Below are positions 1 to 7,151 of a stretch of DNA of 64,000 bases, one piece after another; position 1 is the first letter of the stretch; every line of letters begins with the position of its first letter. A program made the position numbers and the translations under genes. Location of the stretch: assembly GCA_007280895.1 (NCBI GenBank), contig QYQN01000023.1, forward strand, positions 30,861 to 94,860. The letters run 5' to 3'. The DNA is from Methylococcaceae bacterium. GTDB taxonomy: Bacteria > Pseudomonadota > Gammaproteobacteria > Methylococcales > Methylomonadaceae. Under the pieces are notes generated by a model. That model did no database searches and had not been told where the DNA came from. It saw nothing but the letters and a program-made list of their open reading frames with translations.

Positions 1-278
1 AACTGGATCCAGACGTACTAACTCTTGATGTAGAAATGCCTAGAATGAACGGAATTACTTTTTTACGTAATTTGATGCGCTTGCGTCCAATGCCTGTGGT
101 GATGATTTCAGCCTTAACGGAAAGCAATGCTGAAGTGACACTTGAAGCGTTATCAATAGGGGCGGTCGATTTCATTGCAAAACCAGTCGTTAATGTTGAA
201 AATACATTAAATGATTACGCTGATGATATTATTACAAAAGTAATTATGGCCTCCAAAGCTAACTTCAGGACAACGTAA
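1..278 (+). CDS. CheB-type receiver (REC) domain protein without a methylesterase domain; 5' end lies outside the window
   Basis: The reading frame is open from base 3 ([29 protein letters not shown]...) and stops at 276-278. It aligns colinearly with residues ~49-139 of the downstream CheB. The phospho-acceptor context LTLDVEMP and the FIAKP lysine are retained. It ends in the linker (ASKANFRTT). Confidence 0.7.
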   Translation, partial: LDPDVLTLDVEMPRMNGITFLRNLMRLRPMPVVMISALTESNAEVTLEALSIGAVDFIAKPVVNVENTLNDYADDIITKVIMASKANFRTT

Positions 279-342
279 TTATGGGCACAAAAAAGATTAG
301 TTTACTTTTACTATTAAACGAATGATTTAAGGTTCTTCTGAT

Positions 343-1422
343 ATGAATAAAATTCGAGTTTTGATAATAGATGATTCTGCATTAGTCAGAAAAATTTTAA
401 CTGAAGTTCTCACCTCTTCACCTGACATTGAGGTTATTGGCACTGCAGCAGATCCCCTGATTGCTAGAGAAATGATTAAACAATTAAATCCAGATGTATT
501 AACGTTGGATATAGAAATGCCCCACATGGACGGCATAACCTTCTTAAGAAATCTGATGCGTTTACGGCCTACGCCTGTGATCATGATTTCAACCCTAACC
601 GAAAAAGGTGCCGAAGTCACTTTAGAAGCCCTATCGTTAGGCGCTGTTGATTTTATTTTTAAACCTAAAGTTAATGTCGTCAAAACACTGAATGACTATG
701 CTGACGAAATTATTGCTAAAATCAGGGTTGCCGCCAAAGCAAATGTCCGTAATATCAACTACAGACAAGTAAAATCAAAAGCTGATGATATTGTCCCAAA
801 AACAGCGCTGTCTCCCAAATCATCGAACACTGACAATGCGAATACCATTATTGCCTTAGGTGCTTCAACCGGCGGTACTGAAGCAATTAAAGTAGTGGCT
901 AAGGGACTCACAGCTGAAACGCCACCATTATTTATAACTCAACATTTGCCCGCAGCATTTAGTGTGTCATTCGTCCAACATGTTGATATGGTCACGGAAA
1001 TGAAAGCAAGTATTCCTACTCATGGGGAAATTGCTAAGAAAGGACATATCTACCTCGCGCCAGGCGATAGACACATGCTCGTGATTAGGGAAAATGGTCA
1101 ATATGTCATTCATTTAAACGATAGCGACCCTGTCAATAGACATAAACCAGCCGTTGACGTGCTCTTTCAATCTATTGCTGAATGCGCAGGAAAAAATGCT
1201 ATTGCAGTCTTACTAACTGGCATGGGTGCTGACGGCGCAATAGGCATGAAACAAATGCATGATATGGGGGCTAAAACGCTTATTCAAGACGAGCAATCCA
1301 GTGTCGTGTGGGGAATGCCAGGAGCCGCTTATAAACTAGGCTGCACTGATTACGTATTACCCATAGACGACATCGCCAATCAAATTCAAACGTTAATAAA
1401 ACAAATCAAACATAACAATTAA
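343..1422 (+). CDS. cheB: Protein-glutamate methylesterase/glutaminase CheB (REC plus methylesterase domains)
   Basis: N-terminal REC domain (VLIIDDS, LTLDIEMP, FIFKP). The C-terminal domain carries the catalytic-triad contexts GASTGGTEA (Ser), TQHLP (His) and GMGADG (Asp). Confidence 0.93.
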   Translation: MNKIRVLIIDDSALVRKILTEVLTSSPDIEVIGTAADPLIAREMIKQLNPDVLTLDIEMPHMDGITFLRNLMRLRPTPVIMISTLTEKGAEVTLEALSLGAVDFIFKPKVNVVKTLNDYADEIIAKIRVAAKANVRNINYRQVKSKADDIVPKTALSPKSSNTDNANTIIALGASTGGTEAIKVVAKGLTAETPPLFITQHLPAAFSVSFVQHVDMVTEMKASIPTHGEIAKKGHIYLAPGDRHMLVIRENGQYVIHLNDSDPVNRHKPAVDVLFQSIAECAGKNAIAVLLTGMGADGAIGMKQMHDMGAKTLIQDEQSSVVWGMPGAAYKLGCTDYVLPIDDIANQIQTLIKQIKHNN

Positions 1423-1498
1423 ACAAAATAAGCAACGATTAGGTATTAATTTAATTAACGAATTTTGATGATAAACCTTAACAACAAATAGCCTTCCT

Positions 1499-2107
1499 AT
1501 GAACATTCAAACAAAATCTCAATTTGTTGCCGTAGCATCTATTACATCTGAATTAAGTGCGGTCATGGTCGTTGCTAAGGAAATATCATTAGCCGCAGCT
1601 AATGCTAAAGCCATTGCATTTAGAGCGGGAGACAAAGCGAAAGGATTTCAACCAATCACTGATTTCATTAATGAGCTCGCTAAAGAAACAATCGAGTTAG
1701 TCACCAGTATCAACGTCTATGCACTTTCACTATACCAACTAACTGTTAATGAATATCGTAAAACAATAGCTTACAATAAATTTGAATTAATCGCTGAGTT
1801 ATCAAAAGATGCGGCTCATGCTCACTCTATGGAAGAGCCTCTTGAAAAAGCAAAACTTACCATGGAAAACTGTCAACGACAATTTAAACGCGATGTAAAA
1901 CAATTATTAGATCAGCTAGAAGCAGTTATGCACCATGCTAGAGCGGCACGAGTAATTGCTGCAAATTCACGAATCGAAGCATCTCAAGCCGGCGAATATC
2001 TACAAAGTTTACAAGCAGTAGCTGAAAGTGTAGATAAAGCCGCACATACCATTCACGATAATGTACAGCGTTGTAGAATCGCATTATCTCTTTATAGAAA
2101 TAATTGA
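1499..2107 (+). CDS. Small soluble MCP-signalling-domain-like protein with two hairpin-tip motifs; no sensor, TM, HAMP or methylation region
   Basis: Residues 31-63 (LAAANAKAIAFRAGDKAKGFQPITDFINELAKET) and 152-185 (VIAANSRIEASQAGEYLQSLQAVAESVDKAAHTI) both resemble the conserved MCP tip LALNAAIEAARAGEqGRGFAVVAdEVRkLAerS. The rest of the protein looks helical. No hydrophobic TM segment. Confidence 0.6.
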   Translation: MNIQTKSQFVAVASITSELSAVMVVAKEISLAAANAKAIAFRAGDKAKGFQPITDFINELAKETIELVTSINVYALSLYQLTVNEYRKTIAYNKFELIAELSKDAAHAHSMEEPLEKAKLTMENCQRQFKRDVKQLLDQLEAVMHHARAARVIAANSRIEASQAGEYLQSLQAVAESVDKAAHTIHDNVQRCRIALSLYRNN

Positions 2108-2130
2108 ACCCTAAAGTAAGGCAGTGTCTC

Positions 2131-2862
2131 ATGAAAATGACAAAAATATACGAAGGCTCGCATCAATGGATTATGTTTGGTAGAGATGAAAACAAGCCTT
2201 CCAATATCATAGACAGCAACCAATATGCTGTAAGAACAGCCAATAAATGCTTATTAATGGATCCGGGCGGTTCTGAATTATTTGCTCCAATGATGGCAGC
2301 TATTTTGCACCACGCTCCGGTAGAGCAAATAACTGATTTGTTCGCATCCCACCAAGATCCAGATGTAATTTCATCATTAGGTTTATGGGATCAAGCGCTT
2401 TCAAATGCAAAATTACACGCACCGGCGCTTTGGGAAGGCTTTATTCGTCATTATCTTGGCTGTGAATCAATTGAATATGTACCAATTCCAGACAATGGTG
2501 GAACGATAAAATTAGAAAATATTGAATTGCAACTGATTCCAGCTCATTATCTACACTCATCTGCTAACTTTCATGTCTATGATCCTCAAGCAAAAATTTT
2601 AATGTCTGGCGATGTAGGTTCTGCATTGGAACCGGCGGGCACGCCGATGTTTGTAGAAAACTTTGATTCACATATTGAAAAAATGAGATATTTTCATCAA
2701 CGCTGGATGCCATCAAATCATGCCAAAAGAGCATGGATTGAACGCGTAAGAAATTTAGATATTGATATTCTTGCACCACAACATGGCCGAATTTTTAAAG
2801 GCGATGATGTTAAGCACTTCTTAGATTGGTTTGATGCATTACAAGTAGGAGTTGCTGTTTAA
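2131..2862 (+). CDS. Metallo-beta-lactamase-fold protein, ODP-like (candidate di-iron oxygen/iron sensor for chemotaxis)
   Basis: The ORF track starts at a TTG at 2104; the ATG at 2131 (MKMTKIYEG) is preferred. Motifs spaced as in the MBL/flavodiiron fold: SHQDPD, IPAHYLH, MSGDVGS, APQHGRIF. It lies 24 nt downstream of the mini-receptor stop, or overlaps that stop if the TTG is used. Confidence 0.55.
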   Translation: MKMTKIYEGSHQWIMFGRDENKPSNIIDSNQYAVRTANKCLLMDPGGSELFAPMMAAILHHAPVEQITDLFASHQDPDVISSLGLWDQALSNAKLHAPALWEGFIRHYLGCESIEYVPIPDNGGTIKLENIELQLIPAHYLHSSANFHVYDPQAKILMSGDVGSALEPAGTPMFVENFDSHIEKMRYFHQRWMPSNHAKRAWIERVRNLDIDILAPQHGRIFKGDDVKHFLDWFDALQVGVAV

Positions 2863-2879
2863 CACAGCAACTATTTTTT
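2851..2879 (+). terminator. Rho-independent terminator after the ODP-like gene
   Basis: Perfect 8-bp stem gttgctgt / acagcaac (2851-2858 and 2864-2871) with a 5-nt loop that contains the TAA stop. It is followed by tatttttt. The T-run lies inside the 3' end of the convergent mlaA-like gene. Confidence 0.65.
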
Positions 2880-3779
2880 AAAACGATTTAATTTACTTTC
2901 TGCCTGCCTATAATCTTCTACTGCTTTCTCAAAGTGGTAAATAGTTTTATCAAAAACTAATGAAGACGCTTTAAAAGAATTGCGCAATTTAGGTAAAGTG
3001 CTTGTTGAATTTAAAGCACTTTCATCTAACTCTTCGTCAAAATCTAAAGATTGATTTCCCTTCCCATCAGAGGATAAATTTCTCCGCCATTGCAAGAAAG
3101 ATTCTCTAGTAAATAAATAGGGGTCTAACGCTGCTTCATCAATAAATTTTAACGCCCCTTCTGCATTAGCACGGGCATTTAAAATAGACAACAACTGTAT
3201 TGGCGCACCAATATAACTTGTAGGATTAGTTGCAGTATCAAACATAGCACCAGGAACTCCGCGTAAAGTGAGTGGGCCTACAATTGGCAATACTAAATAA
3301 GGCCCCTCTGGAACACCCCACACAGCAAGCGTTTGATCAAAATCTTCATCATTTTGCTCAAGCCCCAAATCTTTAGCCACATCAAAGATACCTAATAAGC
3401 CTAAACTTGTATTGACGACTAACCGTCCTGAGTCTTTAGCACTCTGCTTAAATTTTGCCTGTAACACATCATTGAAAATAACATTAAAATTTCTTAAATT
3501 AGTATAGAAATTAAAAATACTATTTTTAACAAACTGAGGAGCGACATACTGATAAGCATTTGAAATAGGCTCAGCCAAGTATTCATCAAGATAATCATTG
3601 AAGACAAATACTTTCCTATTAATGTTCTCATAGGGATCAGTCTTTTTAACCATGGAGTTGTGGTCTAAAACAGGCTGAGACGCGCACCCACTTATAACGA
3701 CAAAGACCAAGGATAAAAAATAAAAAACTCTTTTTTTACCCAACCAAAGAGCAAACAAGTTTAATAAATAAGCAGTCAT
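2871..3779 (-). CDS. mlaA: MlaA/VacJ-family outer-membrane lipoprotein
   Basis: Lipobox VVISGC. VacJ-like core (DPYENINRKVFVFNDYLDEYLAEPISNAY...GLLGIFDVA). Carries a C-terminal extension of about 60 aa. Confidence 0.8.
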   Translation of the reverse strand: MTAYLLNLFALWLGKKRVFYFLSLVFVVISGCASQPVLDHNSMVKKTDPYENINRKVFVFNDYLDEYLAEPISNAYQYVAPQFVKNSIFNFYTNLRNFNVIFNDVLQAKFKQSAKDSGRLVVNTSLGLLGIFDVAKDLGLEQNDEDFDQTLAVWGVPEGPYLVLPIVGPLTLRGVPGAMFDTATNPTSYIGAPIQLLSILNARANAEGALKFIDEAALDPYLFTRESFLQWRRNLSSDGKGNQSLDFDEELDESALNSTSTLPKLRNSFKASSLVFDKTIYHFEKAVEDYRQAESKLNRFKK

Positions 3780-3791
3780 AACTAGGATTTG

Positions 3792-4406
3792 TTATTGTTT
3801 AGAATAAATAGTAATCTTTTCATTAATCTTAGCTATTAAAGCATCAAAGCCTTCATGTTGCAAAATGTTGGTGTATTCAGAACGCTTTACAGCCAGATCA
3901 CTTACCCCGTTAGCTATGATATTGATAATTTTCCAATGCCCTGCAATTTCTTTGAGATTATAGTCAAATTTGACAGCTTTATCGTTAGGAATGACTAAAT
4001 GAGAATGTACAACAACCCCGCCTCTTGCCGTCTCTTCCTCCGAATCAAAAACAAAGCTTTCACCTGAATATTCTTTAAAATTATGAGCATAAGAAGCAAC
4101 GCTGTACTTGCTAAAAGTAGTGACCAAGATATCTTGCTGCTCTTTTGACAACCCCTCCCACTCTTTACCCACTACAATACGCACTATCTTAGTTAAATCA
4201 TGAGTATCTGAAACAGGCTCATAAAGCGCTTCATAACGCCCAGAATACCCAAGCTGCTTGCCCTTTTTCATAGCAGTAAGCAATTGCGACTGAAAGCCTT
4301 CAACAACTTGACGAGCAGTTAATAGCTCTTGAGCCGAAACAGTAAAAACTACCAAGCATAATACACATAAATACAAAAACTTAACTTTAGTTAACAACAT
4401 CAGCAT
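3792..4406 (-). CDS. hpnM: MlaC/Ttg2D-family periplasmic lipid-binding protein, HpnM-like
   Basis: Signal peptide, about 200 aa, with the size and pattern of the Ttg2D/MlaC family. It lies immediately downstream of hpnH, as hpnM does in hopanoid loci. Confidence 0.7.
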   Translation of the reverse strand: MLMLLTKVKFLYLCVLCLVVFTVSAQELLTARQVVEGFQSQLLTAMKKGKQLGYSGRYEALYEPVSDTHDLTKIVRIVVGKEWEGLSKEQQDILVTTFSKYSVASYAHNFKEYSGESFVFDSEEETARGGVVVHSHLVIPNDKAVKFDYNLKEIAGHWKIINIIANGVSDLAVKRSEYTNILQHEGFDALIAKINEKITIYSKQ

Positions 4407-4414
4407 TCCTTAAA

Positions 4415-5536
4415 TTAAATCGATTCACCCTGTAATTTTTCTACAACTTCGACGTTAACAGGAATTTTGGATAAAGATGATGCTACAACCTCTTCAAAAC
4501 GTGACTCTGGCACCATTTCACCCTCAGTTTTAATGCCTTTTAAAGATAACACCAAGGCCTTAAAGGGATTTCTTAACATATCCTCAACGGCAGTAGCCTC
4601 ATAACCACAATGCGCCATACAGCTTGCACATTTTGGATTACTATTATTGCCATATTTTTCCCAAGGAGTCGTTTCCAGTAACTCATTAAAACTCGCTGCA
4701 TTACCTTCATCAGCCAATAAATAACACGGTTTTTGCCACCCAAATACATTTCGCGTTGGATTGCCCCAAGGCGTACACTCATAATTTTGATTACCAGCTA
4801 AAAAATCAAGATACAGCGAGGAATGATTTAAACTCCATTTACGCTGCTTCCCGATTTTAAAAATACCTCTAAATAACTCCTTAACATCACGACCTTTAAT
4901 AAAGACATCTTGTTGCGGTGCGCGTTCATAACTGAAGCCTGGAGCAATCGTGACGCCTTCAACACCTAAATCAGTAACGTAATCTAAAAACTCAGCAACT
5001 TCGTGGGCATTTTCGCCTTGAAATAACGTACAATTTACTGTCACCCTAAAACCTTTAGTTAAGGCTAGTTTTATAGCTTCCACAGCACGTTCAAAAACCC
5101 CCTCCTGACAGACAGACGTATCGTGCCGATCTTGCATACCATCCAAATGAATTGAAAACGTTAAATAAGGCGACGGCTTATAATCATCAATACGCTTTTT
5201 CAACAACAATGCATTAGTACACAAATACACATATTTTTTTCTAGCAATAATGCCTTCAACAATTTGCGGCATCTCTTTATGGATTAATGGTTCGCCTCCA
5301 GGAATAGATACCATTGGCGCATTACATTCATCAACAGCCTGCATACATTCCTCAAAAGATAATCTTTTATCCAAAATGTCATCTGGATAATCAATTTTAC
5401 CGCATCCTGCACAAGCTAAATTACAACGAAAAAGAGGCTCTAACATCAACACCAAGGGATATTTTTTAACGCCTTTTAGTTTTTGTTTAATCAGATAACT
5501 GCCAACAGTCAATTGTTGACGCAAAGGAACACCCAT
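4415..5536 (-). CDS. hpnH: Adenosyl-hopene transferase HpnH (radical SAM)
   Basis: CNLACAGCGKI radical-SAM CxxxCxxC motif and a C-terminal Cys cluster. The start was moved to the ATG at 5536 (MGVPLRQQLTVGSYL), which has a GGAGG Shine-Dalgarno 4 nt upstream. The 25-codon extension in the ORF track has no support. Confidence 0.9.
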   Translation of the reverse strand: MGVPLRQQLTVGSYLIKQKLKGVKKYPLVLMLEPLFRCNLACAGCGKIDYPDDILDKRLSFEECMQAVDECNAPMVSIPGGEPLIHKEMPQIVEGIIARKKYVYLCTNALLLKKRIDDYKPSPYLTFSIHLDGMQDRHDTSVCQEGVFERAVEAIKLALTKGFRVTVNCTLFQGENAHEVAEFLDYVTDLGVEGVTIAPGFSYERAPQQDVFIKGRDVKELFRGIFKIGKQRKWSLNHSSLYLDFLAGNQNYECTPWGNPTRNVFGWQKPCYLLADEGNAASFNELLETTPWEKYGNNSNPKCASCMAHCGYEATAVEDMLRNPFKALVLSLKGIKTEGEMVPESRFEEVVASSLSKIPVNVEVVEKLQGESI

Positions 5537-5993
5537 AAAACCTCCAAAATGATTATTTATCGACAAAGATAAACTGAAAATAAAATTTTCATAATAATAA
5601 GCTTGTAGCAATAAAACAACAACAAATTACCACTTCACAACAGTAAATAAATAGGCCTTACACTCAGGTAGCTTATAAAAACACGATAAAACGGATAAAC
5701 CATTGCAAAAATTATTTCAGTCTAAATGTCATCTAGCTGCACTGTACAAAGCAATTAATCAACCAGACTAATTGTCAAATTGACTCCCCTAAATACAACA
5801 ACATCAGTAAATATTAAACGCCCAAACGCGCACAACATACCTTAGCTTAAGTAAGGCAAAGCACTTTCTCAAAAAATCAATACCTCTAAACCTACTCATA
5901 AATTAGCTTTAAAACAACATTGCTTTGCAAAATACCAACAAACAGTCTATGATTTAAAAAAATAATTAAGACAATTTAGTAAATATCGAGCGT

Positions 5994-7112
5994 ATGGGAA
6001 AGTTTGCAATTGACTTAGAAAACCCAAAATCACTAAATCAACTTTCAGATAACGATTTTCAATTAGCATTATTGGAAGGCGTATCCAGAACATTTGCCTT
6101 AACAATTCCTCAACTACCCCCTGAATTATTCGCTCCGGTAGCTAATGCTTACTTGCTATGCAGAATTGTCGATACAATTGAAGACGAAGTGTCGTTATCA
6201 GTGCGTCAAAAAGAATATTTTTGTGCCGAATTTACTACAATTGTCACGACTGGCGAAAATACAGAATTATTTGCTATAGAACTTGCCCCGTTATTATCGG
6301 ATCAAACCCTTGCAGCAGAACATACGCTGATACATGTTTTACCACGCGTAATCCAAATCACTCATACTTTTGCGCCCGAGCAAATTACAGCTTTATCAAG
6401 ATGCGTAGCAACAATGGCGAAAGGCATGCCTGTTTATCAATCAATGGAATTACAAAAAGGCTTAGCAACCCTTAAAGACCTGGATTTATATTGCTACTAC
6501 GTAGCTGGATGCGTTGGCGAAATGCTCACCGAATTATTCTGCTTTTACTCCTCAGACATTGCTAAACACCGCACTGAAATGCTGGCTCTTTCAGTATCTT
6601 TTGGACAGGGTTTACAAATGACCAATATTTTAAAAGATATTGCAGATGATGCTCAACGTGGTGTGTGTTGGCTGCCACAAGACATCTTCACCGAAGTCGG
6701 CTTTGATTTAAAATCTCCAGCATTTGATAAAAACACCGCTCAATACCGCGCAGGCGTAAAGAAATTAATTGCCATAGCGCATGGTCACTTAAACAACGCA
6801 CTAAAATACACGCAGCTATTACCAAAAAATGAACCTGGGATTCGTAATTTCTGCTTATGGGCCGTAGGCATGGCTATTTTGACCCTTAGAAATATACAAA
6901 AAAATACAGCAAGCAGAGCAGAAACGCCGATCAAAATTAGCCGAAATGATGTTAAAAAAACCATTTTTATCACAAATCTATTCAACAAAAATAATACCAT
7001 GCTGGATTTAATTTTTAATTTAGCAAGCTTGGGTTTAACAACATCCAAAAAAACAGCTCAACCTATGTCAACTCAAACCAATGTTACAAAGTTTCTACAT
7101 TTAAAAAAATAA
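5994..7112 (+). CDS. sqs: Squalene synthase (farnesyl-diphosphate farnesyltransferase, single-enzyme Sqs type)
   Basis: Squalene/phytoene synthase fold: SRTFALTIPQLP, Asp-rich motifs RIVDTIEDE and NILKDIADDAQRG. At 372 aa it is longer than HpnC/HpnD. It lies directly upstream of shc. Confidence 0.75.
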   Translation: MGKFAIDLENPKSLNQLSDNDFQLALLEGVSRTFALTIPQLPPELFAPVANAYLLCRIVDTIEDEVSLSVRQKEYFCAEFTTIVTTGENTELFAIELAPLLSDQTLAAEHTLIHVLPRVIQITHTFAPEQITALSRCVATMAKGMPVYQSMELQKGLATLKDLDLYCYYVAGCVGEMLTELFCFYSSDIAKHRTEMLALSVSFGQGLQMTNILKDIADDAQRGVCWLPQDIFTEVGFDLKSPAFDKNTAQYRAGVKKLIAIAHGHLNNALKYTQLLPKNEPGIRNFCLWAVGMAILTLRNIQKNTASRAETPIKISRNDVKKTIFITNLFNKNNTMLDLIFNLASLGLTTSKKTAQPMSTQTNVTKFLHLKK

Positions 7113-7151
7113 GAAGCCAGCATAAATCAACTATTTTTTTAAGGACTTACT

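Noticed and set aside
327-683. 118-aa ORF antisense to the cheB 5' region
   Set aside because: It lies fully inside, and antisense to, a gene with clear CheB motifs. Its translated sequence has no recognisable features. This is a typical shadow ORF.
5537-5611. N-terminal extensions suggested by the ORF track (hpnH to 5611; flhA from 38285; hemW from 47511; cspA from 48889; relA from 51689; pyrC from 57769; flgL from 31370)
   Set aside because: In each case an internal ATG gives the N-terminus typical of the family. For hpnH that ATG has a GGAGG Shine-Dalgarno. For flgL the extension would overlap the flgK coding end. The extensions have no homology-like features.
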